Shown here: piece by piece, positions 50,862 to 62,040 of the stretch
How positions within the stretch are numbered: the stretch's first letter is position 1
Layout: every line of letters starts with the position of its first letter
Source: Octopus bimaculoides
Taxonomy: Eukaryota
Length of the DNA stretch: 64,000 nucleotides
Reading direction: 5' to 3'
NCBI RefSeq assembly: GCF_001194135.2
Contig: NC_068989.1
Location: 19,129,644-19,193,643 of the forward strand
Program-made: the position numbers and the translations under genes
The notes under the pieces: model-generated
The model's input: only the letters and a program-made list of their open reading frames with translations
Database searches by the model: none
What the model was told of the DNA's origin: nothing

Positions 50862-51205
50862 CTTAAAAAAAAAAAAAAATTTTTTTTAAATTATGATTTG
50901 CACTTTAATTTTCACCAAACCTGTTCAAAATTTGCATCAGCTGTGCAATTTCACCCTCCTGTGAAGGTCTACAAAGGCCATGGGTCACTATTCTTTCCTC
51001 TCTTTCTCTTCTCTGATCCCCATACATAGCCACACACGTTAGGTGACAAAGAAAATATTATTCTCCCTATTTTTTAGTAACCCCCAGTACATCCTAAGCT
51101 TTTTGAAACATTTAAGAAGTAAATAAAAATCACTGTAATACTGTAGTGAGAAATTCTCCTCCCAGAGCTGTCCGCCTTGCCGTTGGTGGAGGGGCCCGAG
51201 CTTAC

Positions 51206-51265
51206 TGCTGGTTTTCTTTTGACTTTCAGAAGGTTTATTTTTTTCCTTTCTGTTTTGTGTTTCCC
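51206..51265 (-). CDS. Candidate 60-nt exon (phase 0-0), K/R-rich
   Basis: Minus strand: TCCTTTTCACAG acceptor and GCA|GTAAGC donor. Reading GKHKTERKKINLLKVKRKPA; the frame stays open into the CpG-rich segment downstream. Confidence 0.25.
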
Positions 51266-51892
51266 CTGTGAAAAGGACTAAATATACATACATATACATA
51301 TATGTATCTGTGTGTCTGTTCATATAATGTGTGTGTGTGTGTATATATAAATATATATATATTTGCACATACATACACATATACATTAAAAAACAATGAT
51401 GCTTTTTCCTTCCGGTCTCATTTAAAAAATATATAAAACCAAAAAAAAAAAACAAATGAAATTCACTTAAGAAATATCTGACAGGAAATCTTTGCAGAAA
51501 GCCGCAAAAGGGACAGCTGATAAATTCTTATTTATTTCTTCATTATGTTTCAAAAAGAAAAGAAAACAAAAAAGCCTATTATTATGAGGGTTCTTATTTT
51601 TTATTTACTTGTCTCTACTCTATTAAATTCTTTTTCCCCTCCTCTTAAGTTTGGGTATTTCAGAGGAAGTGTAGAAATTGGTGTGAAGTCTTTATAAAAT
51701 AAAGCATTTATTCTTTAAATGTTTTGTGAAGGAAATCTTTTTCCAGAAAATATTTGTCACAGTTCAGTTTTATCTGTTAAGGCAAAAAACAAGCTAAATT
51801 ACATAGTTATGTGTTGCACTTTTGCGTGGGATTATTTGGACCTCTTGTGGAGCACATCTACATTTTCATCAATAAAGAATAAGTAATTTACA

Positions 51893-51959
<67 letters not shown>

Positions 51960-51995
51960 TCTCTCTCTCCCTCTCTCTCTCTCCCCCTCTCTCTA
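51893..51995. repeat. (CT)n microsatellite
   Basis: Direct. Confidence 0.95.
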
Positions 51996-52614
51996 GCCTT
52001 TTGTAACTAAATTTCTAATGAAATTCACTGCCTTTACATGTCAATTAATTATGAAAATAATCAACAATTTGGAGGCATTTAGTTGATTAATTAACTTCTA
52101 TATCCATTTCTATACCATGCTGATGTTAAAATTTATGATCGCAAGTTTTGATATGGATATCCATACTTCCAAATGAGCAAATTTTGTACCTAAGAATCAG
52201 AGGTGGTCTAGGTGGGTTGGTATCAAAAAGGATTAAGATATCTCACTACACTAAGAATATTTAAGATATAGTCACTCTCAAATCTATCTTTCCAGATAAC
52301 TATGCCCTCCTCTTTTCCGAAGATTAGTGATTAGAAAGTGCAAGATGAAAATACTTGAACCATGTAGAAAGAAACTTAATTTGGAAGGAAAGTTTGTGGT
52401 AATTAAAGTAGGTCTGTGGGTGGTAGGCTTAACACTTCTTCTAATTTAATACCATTACCTCAAGACAATGAGAATCTTTTACATGGTTGCTCAGTCTGCT
52501 AGAACTAGCAGCTAAATCTTCCCCCCAAAATCACTCCCTACTGTCTTTCTGAAAGGACAGAGATAATGTAATCTTATAAAAAAAGTTTTTTTTTTTTTTT
52601 TTTCAATGTTAGGA

Positions 52615-52995
52615 TCATCATTATCGTCGTCGTCATTTAACGTCCGCTTTCCACGCTAGCATGGGTTGGACGATTTGACTGAGGACTGGTGAAACCGGAT
52701 GGCAACACCAAGCTCCGATCTGATTTGGCAGAGTTTCCACAGCTGGATGCTCTTCCTAACGCCAATCACTCAGAGAGTGTAGTGGGTGCTTTTACGTTCA
52801 CCCGCACAAGAGCCAGTCCAGGGGCACTGGCAACAATCTCGCTCGAAAATCCTACGAAGGCCAGTCAGGCGGTACTGGCAACGGCCACGCTCAAAATGGT
52901 GTATTTTATGTGCCATCCACACAAGAGCCAGTCCAGGGGCACTGGCAACGATCTCGCTCGAAAATCCTTACACATGTCACGGGCACAAGTGCCAG
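52615..52995 (-). mobile_element. Young 5'-truncated RTE 3' UTR copy with three stem-loop modules
   Basis: Same sequence as 45392-45815, with module order Y-X-Y. Confidence 0.9.
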
Positions 52996-53379
52996 AAAGG
53001 CACAGGTGCTATCCCGATTCCTGTGAGAATTTTTTTGATCATAGGTCTGCTCTAGCAGGATTGATTTGATGATACCATCACTTAGTCCCTGAATGCCTTT
53101 AGCAGAATTCTTTGTGTTGCAAGCATTTGGACAAGACCCACACTCTTTTTCTTGCAGTTGTTTAGGTTGAGTATCAGTCACATCAATCTCACCACTCAGG
53201 AATTGGGATGTGCAAGGATAATTAAGTTTATACTTTCTCATGTGAGTAACTTTTAATTAATAGACACATTCAAGGCATGCAGCAGATTGGATGTAGAAAA
53301 AGGCGAGAGAGCCTTTATGATTTGTAATATATGCAGTATGGGGTACTTTGCTGTATGTGACAATGCCATCATCATTTTA

Positions 53380-53790
53380 ATGCCTCTTTTTCCTTGCTTG
53401 CATGGGTCAGACAGAATCCATCGAAGCAAATTTTCTAAGGCCAGCTGCTCTTCCTGTTGCTGACCCTCACCTGATTACTAGCAAAGTAATATTACTCCAT
53501 GACTGGATTATGTTTTCAAAGAAAACTGGAAATGCAGGACACTCATAAATATTCCTCGATGTCAAGATAAAGACATGTGCATTCAGTATTCTGAAAGAAG
53601 CCTATTCTATATGTGTGTAACCACATGCATATACAATAGGATTCTTTTAGTTTCTGTCTACTAAATTCACCAGCAAGTCTTTGGTTGGCCTGTGGCTATA
53701 GTAGAAGACACTAGCCTAAGGTGTCTTTCATTGAGATTGAACCCAAAACCATATGACTCGGAAGTAAACTTCTTAACCTACAGCCATCCT
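53380..53790 (-). mobile_element. Family D fragment followed by a partial family A SINE
   Basis: 53380-53570 matches family D; 53640-53790 matches the family A 5' half. Confidence 0.6.
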
Positions 53791-54999
53791 TGCCTCTTGA
53801 TGAATTGTATAAATGGTGCAGTGTTTCGATTCAAGAACAGATAATGATGTGGTGGCAGAGATGAGTGTACATGTTTGTTGTGACAGTGAATAGGAAATCA
53901 CTACAACAGATAACTATACAAAAATAGGAATAATGTCAGATAGAGTGATCATCTGGGGTGAACTATGAATCTACAGAAAGCTTTAGGATGCTGTTTCAAT
54001 GGCTAGATGTTAGAATCAATAACAACATAAGTACAAAAATAAACTATTTTTTCCTATGGAACCCTCAAGTCCTGCTTCACTCAGATGGACCCATTTAGCC
54101 ATTTGATGTTTAAATAAAGTCTTATTATATTTTTATTATCAAATATTATTAGGAATTGTATTAAAAAAATGTTAAGATATTTTGTGTATTGTGAAAGTAT
54201 AACCAATTTATTGCAGATAAATTTTGACAACAAAATCTTATGTGGACCTCCAAGGACCATACAGACCCTGGTTGAGAACCATTGAGTTAGAATATAGACA
54301 AGTAGTTATAGGTTCAGTGTTAAAGAAAGAACTGTTGAGAAATCTATTGCAAGATAAAAATGGTTTGGTTTGGTGTTACTGTTTAGCCCCAGGACATACC
54401 TGATTGAGCAGATGAATGGCATTACAGCTGTGACCATCTAATTTTCTTTGATACAGTGTATCTAGGGCTCCATTATCAAATATTTCATTCCTCTGTCAGA
54501 TGGTAGAAGGCATTTTGGCTTTAGTTTCTAGCAGGTCAAGTGACCACAAAGAAGCTCTCTCGTTAGTATAAAGTCTTACCAGGATGGAGACAGAACTAGA
54601 TGTAGATGGCTACAAGTAGTAGGTTACACTATTTTTCATGATTGCATGCTGCTATTTTTTTTTCATATGAGTAATCTGGTACTTTAGCATTTTAATTTTT
54701 TTTTAAAGGTAAGAATTGTATTGAATATTTTCATTTGTTTATTGCCTGTTTGTTTTTCCTGTGCAAGCATGGATTGAGCTTGGATTTATTTGAGGCAAGA
54801 TTTTACAGAAAAATGTTCTTTTGTTACCAGCCCTCACCTGTTTTTTTCAAGTGAGGGATTTATTTTATTCCACAGATCTTCAAAACTGCTGAGTGACTGC
54901 TCATAGTGTCAACAAGGATTGTAAACATCGTAATACTGTTCTACTCAATGACAAGAGAAAGCATGGAAAGTCAACAGTCTTACTCATATGCATGTGCAT

Positions 55000-55044
<45 letters not shown>

Positions 55045-55047
<3 letters not shown>

Positions 55048-55205
55048 CTGGTTTTGTATAGTTTCCTTCTAATAGAATTACCCACATTGCATTAGTCAGC
55101 CTGGGACAATAGTAGAAGATACTTGCTGAAAGTGCTGCACCATGGGATGGAAACTGGAACCATATGGTTGCGAAGCAAATTTATTACCTACACAGCCATG
55201 CTTAC
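55045..55205 (-). mobile_element. Degraded 5' half of a family A SINE
   Basis: TAGTAGAAGATACTTGC..CATATGGTTGCGAAGCAAA..CACAGCCATG, next to (CA)n. Confidence 0.65.
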
Positions 55206-55244
55206 ATTCTTTGTATTAGATAATCAGCCAATACATTTCTAAAT

Positions 55245-55620
55245 CAAAAGGCAATTCTCATTGGTCAGTTGATGAGGAGCTTCTTGACAGCATCTGTTCT
55301 CTAGGCTGAACTTGTGGAGGTATTTTGTGAAGGATCAAGTTCTACTGACAATGTACAAGTGCTTGTGTTTGGTTGTTGTTCAGCCATTTCAAGCAAGGCC
55401 TCGTCTTCCACAGCAAAGGATCTCCCTGACCTTGGTTTGACTTCGAGGCTGGTTGTCACTTACCTTGAAATATCTTTAACTAGTTTTATGCTGCATGATT
55501 TTTGACAGTTCCTGAGATTTCCACATCATTTAATTTCTTCTGCTGCTGCCCATGCACTCAGTCCTTTTTTTCAAAGGTTGCATCAAATGGCTCTAATTGC
55601 AATTTTTTTGCTACTCATTA
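55245..55620 (-). pseudogene. Mariner transposase N-terminal (HTH) remnant
   Basis: Minus-strand pieces MSSKKIAIRA..KGLSA..AAEEI, TSLEVKPRSGRSFAVEDEALLEMAEQQPNTSTCTLSVELDPSQ and HKFSLENRCCQEAPHQLTNEN follow the mariner pattern (SLED.PRSGRP...DP..STR.L..EL..S...VPHEL). Frameshifted. Confidence 0.8.
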
Positions 55621-55661
55621 TCAAAGCTGTAAAATAAAGAATAAGCAATGTTTTTGTGTTC

Positions 55662-55980
55662 ATCATCATCATCGTTTAACGTCCGCTTTCCATGCTAGCA
55701 TGGGTTGGACGATTTGACTGAGGACTGGTGAACCAAGTAGTTACATCAGGCTCCAATCTGATTTGGCAGTGTTTCTACAGCTGGATGCCCTTCCTAACGC
55801 CAACTACTTCGAGAGTGTAGTAGGTGCTTTTACATGACACCGACACGAAGGCCAGTCAGGTGGTACTGGCAACGGCCACGCTCAAGATGGTGTATTTTAT
55901 GTGCCACCTGCACAGGAGCCAGTCCGGTGGCACTGGCAACAACCTCGCTCGAATGTCTTTTCACGTGCCACCGGCACGAG
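55662..55980 (-). mobile_element. Young RTE 3' UTR copy with two stem-loop modules
   Basis: Matches the 24762, 45392 and 52615 copies; lies next to the mariner remnant. Confidence 0.9.
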
Positions 55981-56485
55981 AAATTACTTTCTTCCTTTCT
56001 TTATCATTTTGTTTACATTCTACAATGTTTATTATTAACATTGATTCTCATGTTGCTGAATCTTTGCAAATTTTACCTGAAGTAGTGTTCATCGAAACAT
56101 ACTTTGAAAAATGTTTGCTAATCATTTTTTGAGTGACTTTTTGATGATTTAATGGGTGAATTATGAACAGATAAAGCTTTGAAAATGATAACCAGAATAA
56201 ATTATTTTATTTGTGAACACTTGATGTATAACATCAGTCCATCTACTTTTTCATCATGTGATTTGAGCAAATTATTACCTGAAGACTGGTTAGATATTAA
56301 GTTATTTGTGAGTGCTGTTAGTTCAAATATGCCTTGAGGACTGTTGAAGCCAGTCGTGTATTTGTTTCAACCATTTCTGTTGAGTTTTAATCGGTACACT
56401 TGCCCCCCAACAAGCTAATTTTTGTGCAGAACAAAATGAAGTAGTCGTATTTTTTATTACGTGTATTGATAAAATTCATACTTAC

Positions 56486-56545
56486 CTGGGTATGTTGTTT
56501 TCTGATAGGAGTAACAACTCGCCTGTAAATTTCACCATGAATAAG
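56486..56545 (-). CDS. Candidate 60-nt coding exon (phase 0-0), unknown host gene
   Basis: Minus strand: TCCTTTACATTTTTCCAG acceptor and a perfect-consensus CAG|GTAAGTAT donor; length divisible by 3; reading LIHGEIYRRVVTPIRKQHTQ. Lies in unique sequence. Confidence 0.4.
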
Positions 56546-57126
56546 CTGGAAAAATGTAAAGGAGAACCTGTTTTTCTTTTTTTTGTTTTGTGATGTTTAT
56601 GTCTATGTCAGTTATTACTCATTATATTTAATCTTTATTTTTATCATCATGTTTGAGTGTTTGTTTTTTTTTTTTATAGTTATTATTATTCAATTAATTA
56701 ACAACCACATATGCACAACATTATTTTTAGCACAAATTACATTATGAAAACTGAGTCATTTCTGTAGTACTACCAGTTTCCATAATAATCTGACCATAAG
56801 TAAAGACACTATAAGAATTCAAATAAACAAACCCATTTTTTATGTATTTTCTGTCCAGTCATTACAGAACTCAACTTTTGAGTTAGAAAATTTTCAACAA
56901 GATGTCCAAAGTTAATGTATGTTGTATAGCAATATTGTTAATAGCATATTAATTAATGTCAGTAGGAGGAACAGCATTATTATTACACTTATCTAATGTG
57001 AATGTATGTAGGAGAGACAATTGTACTATTAATTATATAATCTGAATGAATGATGTATATTAGTGAAAAGTGCTGTGAATTGATGAGAAAGAGAGACAAT
57101 GTATGTACACACACCATAGTATATTA

Positions 57127-57290
57127 TCTAGTATATATAAATCAACAGTATGTGTGTGTATAACGGCTAATGCATACATTTCCACAATTCCCAACCAATT
57201 TTCACCAAACTTTACACACACATTCCTTATGTCCCAAGGATGGTCATGCACTAAACATTTTGCCCAGAGCTCTTGCATAAATGGACATAG
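57127..57290 (+). mobile_element. Probable 5' fragment of a non-autonomous Helitron-type element
   Basis: TCTAGTATATATAAA start, (GT)n, then CCAATTTTCACCAAACTTTACACAC, resembling common Helitron-N 5' ends. No 3' hairpin seen. Confidence 0.4.
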
Positions 57291-57350
57291 TTTTTTTGTA
57301 TGTAGGGTCTATCCATACTATTTTAATCTTTTTCTACGAGTGAAAGGATT

Positions 57351-57574
57351 TTATCTTTTACTTGTTTCAGTCATTTGACTGTGGCCATGCTGGAGCACCG
57401 CCTTGTAGTCGAACAAATCGACCCCAGGATTTATTCTTTGTAAGTCTAGTACTTATTGTATCAGTCTCTTTTGCCGAACCGCTAAGTTACGGGGACGTAA
57501 ACACACCAGCATCAGTTGTTAAGCGATGTTGTGGGGACAAACACAGACACACAAACATATACACACACACACAC

Positions 57575-57607
<33 letters not shown>
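57351..57607 (-). mobile_element. 3' half of a young family A SINE, interrupted by the gap at 57608-57790
   Basis: High identity to family A up to the internal (CA)n(TA)n, where the N run begins. Confidence 0.9.
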
Positions 57608-57913
57608 NNNNNNNNNNNNNNNNNNNNNNNNNNNNNNNNNNNNNNNNNNNNNNNNNNNNNNNNNNNNNNNNNNNNNNNNNNNNNNNNNNNNNNNNNNNNN
57701 NNNNNNNNNNNNNNNNNNNNNNNNNNNNNNNNNNNNNNNNNNNNNNNNNNNNNNNNNNNNNNNNNNNNNNNNNNNNNNNNNNNNNNNNNNATGTTGTTGA
57801 TCAGTATATTTTTGTGATGATTTCATTTAAAACTAGGCTTTCCAGGAAGAGAGGATACCTTTAGCCTTTGTAATTCTTCTCAGATAACTTCATGTGCTGG
57901 AAATAAAGAATTT

Positions 57914-58149
57914 AAGGCAGCGAGCTGGCAGAAATGTTAGCACGCCGGGCGAAATGCTTAGCAGTATTTCATCTGCCGTTACGTTCTGAGTACAAATTCC
58001 GCCGAGGTCGACTTTGCCTTTCATCCTTTCGGGGTCGATTAAATTAGTACCAGTTACGCACTGGGGGTTGTATAATCAACTTAATCCGTTTGTCTGTCCT
58101 TGTTTGTCACCTCTGTGTGTAGCCCCTTGTGGGCAGTAAAGAAATAAGA
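57914..58149 (+). mobile_element. Young Meta-domain tRNA SINE with 13-bp TSD
   Basis: A/B boxes and GCCTTTCATCCTTTCGGGGTCGAT core; AAATAAAGAATTT is duplicated at 57901-57913 and 58150-58162. Confidence 0.9.
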
Positions 58150-58550
58150 AAATAAAGAATTTGCTAGCTCTACAAGCTAAAGTCACTTGTGGTAAGCATT
58201 TCAGGGTAGCCTTTTACATATAATGATAATCAAAGACCAAACTAATTGGAAGTTGAAATATTGTGTGGATAAGTAAAATTATAATCTTAACAACAACAAA
58301 AATAATAAACAGCATGCATCATTCACTATTTCATGATAGAGTGATTAACAGTTGGGAGAACATTTGTTCCAACAGTAATAGAGTAATCCCACCCATGCAA
58401 ACATGGGTAAAGTGGCTATTTGTATTTGTATTTATTTTTAAGCTCTGATGGAAGTGGGTAAAGCCAATAGTGATATTGACTTTTGTAGAACATGTGAAGG
58501 GAAAGGGAGGCAGAAATTACAATGCATGTTACTGCTGATCAATACTTTAA

Positions 58551-58989
58551 TCCTTTAGTATTCAGACTATTCTGTCAAATTTAATAATAATGTTTGTTTA
58601 GTTATATTGTTTTGAAAGCATCATGCACAATCTTCTAGTTTAGAGATTTCAATGATGTGATTGTTTAGTTTTAGAATGACATTGTGGGGTTGAAGTGAGA
58701 GGCCAGATCTGGCCAGTTTCTACATAAAACAGGTTAAATATTTGCATCAGATATGCCTGTTTTGATAGCTAAAGGGTTTAGTCAACCATATCAGGCCCAA
58801 ATATTCTACTTGTTTTATGTTCAAAACTAGCTAGATCTGGCCTCTCACATTTACCCTACAATGTCATTCTAATAATTAAAAAAAATAACGTCATTAAAAT
58901 CTTGATATTACAATATCATGTATGGTTAATTTAAAATAATGTGCATAAATAAGCATTAGATTTGGCAAAATAATCTGAATTTTAAAGGG
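58551..58989. mobile_element. Two adjacent family E MITEs in inverted orientation
   Basis: 58551-58776 and about 58783-58989 are reverse-complement copies of each other; the outer ends abut TTAA. Confidence 0.8.
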
Positions 58990-60339
58990 TTAATCTTTGT
59001 AAGTAATCTAGTTGGAAGACATAAGATGCAATTGAACCTTTCAACAGAGAGGACAGACATAACTCACAAGGGCTGGGTCCCTGCTGTGTCTGGTAGAGAG
59101 AGGGTCTTCATTGGAGAACCATCTCTACTTGTGACTACCATGTGAAAGAAAGTGAATCATACCATTATGTGCTGGAACTATGAACCTGAACTGAATCCTT
59201 ACAACAGAATGAACCTTTCTACCGACATCCATGGGCCAAGTCAGGGTGTTAAATAGGGTAAATGATTTCCTCTACCACCCAAACAACTTAAATTTACACA
59301 TAAAGTAAATTTTCCCATTGATAGATATGGATTTATAAATTTTCTACTTTTCCATTTTGGTTTTCTGTTTTCATTTGTGTCTGCCTCTAATAGTTATGCT
59401 TTCCATTCCATTAATTCTTCTTTATATTTTTCTATTTAATTACTCTTGCCTTTTTTTGTCTCATAAATAAGGAAGCTCATTCTTGATATAGCTGCTTGGC
59501 TTTGGAAAATTATGTTGGTTGGAGGTGGGGGGTGATGAGACACACATCAAATGCTGGTCTACTTTTTTTTTTTTTTCTTCTTTCTTAATTCTTTATTTTC
59601 CGAGGCATTTACTTGTCAGATTACTGTCAAAATATCAATTGTTGCTCCTGAATGTATTCCATAATGGTGGTGGTGGTGGTGGTGGGAGGGTGATGGTGGT
59701 AGTGTTGATTATGGTGATGGCAGTAGTGGTGGTGGTGGCGCATCAGTGCTTTAGCCAGTAACATGTTTCAATGACAGCAGAAAGTGTTGACTTTAAAAAA
59801 AAAAAAGTCACTTGCTGCCAAAATGTAGGAATTATCAACTTGGAAAGAATTGTAATTGTTTTTTTTATTTATTTATTTATTTTGAATAATTAATTTAGAT
59901 ATTAATAAAAAATTTTAGATATTTATACAAATTTTTTTATTCATTTCTATTTGTGTGTGTGTGTTACCTAAAACGTTTATTCCTTTGTTTATTGCTAAAA
60001 TGTCAAAAAAGACTTTTTAAAAAAAAAACAAATTACAACAGTACTTGAAGATAGTAGATTAGCTGCGTAAATGTTGAACTAATCTACTGGCCTATTGAAA
60101 CACAAATATGCAATGATATTCTTTACAAGTGTATGCAATTTGAAAAAAGGAAAAAACTGCAGATTTTATTGTGGGTTAGTTTCTGTCTCTGTTTAAATTT
60201 CCCTCACATATATGTTGATGGTGACAGTCAACTTCTCTCACAGTGTCTTCCTGTTCCGTTGAACCAGAGCAGATTATTTTATAAATATCTGTTGCAAAGA
60301 ATGGGGACATTGTTGGCATGAATAGGGACATGGGAATTT

Positions 60340-60736
60340 TAAAGAAAACAGGAAAGCAATGTGGAGATTTCAGACGCTGGGCCTCGCTGAGGATATGATA
60401 AGGGACTGGGAGATGTGGCGATTTGCTGTACTTGATAAGATATGTCAAGCTAAGTAAAATCATTGTCTTCCACACATACAGGCTTGTCCTTTCAGGTGTC
60501 GGTGCCACTTAAAAAGGACCCATGCTGGTGTTTCATCAGCAAACCTGTGCCGGTGGCTCGTAAAAGCACCTGGCACTCATTGTTAAGTTGTTGGTGTTAG
60601 CAAGGGCATCTAGCTGTAGAAACCATGCCACAACAGACAGTTGGAGTCTGGACAGCTCCCTGCTAGCCAGCTCCATGTCAAACAGTCCAACCCATGCCAG
60701 CATGGAAAGCAGATCTTAAACGATGGTGATGATGAT
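60340..60736 (+). mobile_element. RTE LINE 3' fragment: ORF end plus 3' UTR
   Basis: Piece QTLGLAEDMIRDWEMWRFAVLDKICQAK aligns with RTLGLTEAMTGDWDLWRYAMIEKTRQ at 1770-1850, followed by the UTR and a (GAT)n tail. Confidence 0.8.
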
Positions 60737-60867
60737 AATTTTTGCTGAATCACAAATCAATATTAAATGGTGTTGGCTGGAAATACCTGTTAAATGCTTT
60801 GTGTCCATGCCATGAGTCAAATTAAGCAGAACTGCCTAAAGTTATTAAACTTCAATACATTGTATGG

Positions 60868-61047
60868 TGCATAAAAAGCACCCACTACACTCTCGGAGTG
60901 GTGGCATTAAGAAGGGCATCCAGCTGTAGAAACCTTGCCAGATCAGATTGGAGCATGGTACACCCTTCTGGCTTGCCAATCCTCAGTCAAACCATCCAAC
61001 CCATGCCAGCACGGAAAGATGTTAAACGATGATGGTGATGATGATGA
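60868..61047 (+). mobile_element. 5'-truncated RTE 3' UTR copy
   Basis: AAAAAGCACCCACTACACTCTCGGAGTG..GAAGGGCATCCAGCTGTAGAAAC..GATGATG. Confidence 0.85.
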
Positions 61048-61095
61048 TATTATTAAATTCCTCTTTTGAGGATACACCTGCTCAGGGCTGAGTAC

Positions 61096-61498
61096 TTTAC
61101 TCCTTTACTTGTTTCAGTCATTTGACTGCGGCCATGCTGGAGCACCGCCTTTAGTTGAGCAAATCGACCCCAGGACTTATTCTTTGTAAGCCTAGTACTT
61201 CTTCTATTGGTTCTTTTGCCGAACTGCTAAGTTACGGGGATGTAAATACACCAGCATCGGTTGTCAAGTGATGTTGCGGGGGGGGGGGGACAAACACAGA
61301 CACACAAACACACACATATATATATAAATATACATATATACGATGGGCTTCTTTCAGTCTACCAAATCCACTCACAAGGCTTTGGTTGGCCCGAGGCTAT
61401 AATAGAAGACACTTGCCCAAGGTGCCACGCTGTGGGACTGAACTGGGAACCATGTGGCTGGTAAGCAAGCTACATACCACACAGCCACTCCTGCGCCT
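61096..61498 (-). mobile_element. Young full-length family A SINE
   Basis: High identity to 9329-9738. Confidence 0.92.
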
Positions 61499-61816
61499 TT
61501 ATCAAGTCTTTTGAAATCAACTTTAAACTCTGAGAATCAATGAGGCACTTTTGACCTGCGAGAAATAACATCCAAATCTCCATCAAACCACACCATATTG
61601 TCTTAAAAATGAAAGAACATGATACAATATAGTCTGGAAGAAAGACATGATTGTCATGGCTGAAAATACATTGATCATAGATCTTCTCAGTTGGGACCAA
61701 CCTGGACATTAAACACTTGTATCCCCTATCCGCAATTATTTACAATGTTATATTCCAATATCTTTGTGTAGAAGATAGCAATCTCGGAGATGTACTTTAC
61801 TCTCCACTCGTCTTAA

Positions 61817-62040
61817 CTCTTTAGCATTTAAACCAGCCATACCAGAGCCAAATTATTCTATTTATGTTCAAATTGGCTGCATCCAGCCTCTCACACTTAC
61901 CCTACAATGTTATTCTAAAAATAAACAATCGTATCGATGTAATCTTGAAGCTATGAGATGATGTATGATTAATTCAAAGCAATGTGAAAAAATAAGCATT
62001 ACATTTGATAGAGTGATAAAGTGATCTGAATGCTAAAGGG
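61817..62040. mobile_element. piggyBac-like MITE (family E), best-preserved copy
   Basis: TIRs CTCTTTAGCATT and AATGCTAAAGGG with TTAA on both sides (61813-61816, 62041-62044). A TTAA TSD with CCC ends is characteristic of piggyBac. Confidence 0.85.

Noticed and set aside
52810-52950. Repeat-spacer-like pattern GCCAGT..ACTGGCAAC resembling a CRISPR array
   Set aside because: The context is eukaryotic, the intervening sequences are themselves repeated rather than unique spacers, no cas genes are present, and the array lies inside an RTE 3' UTR.
44440-54285. Isolated hAT-like terminal motifs (CAGCAGTTTCTTAAC at ~44438 and GTTGAGAACCATTG at ~54271)
   Set aside because: I could not pair either with a partner TIR and TSD; they are probably separate decayed MITEs with undefined boundaries.
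56478-56489. ATACTTACCTGG, identical to the U1 snRNA 5' end
   Set aside because: Similarity stops after about 12 nt. It is better explained as the complement of a consensus splice donor on the minus strand.
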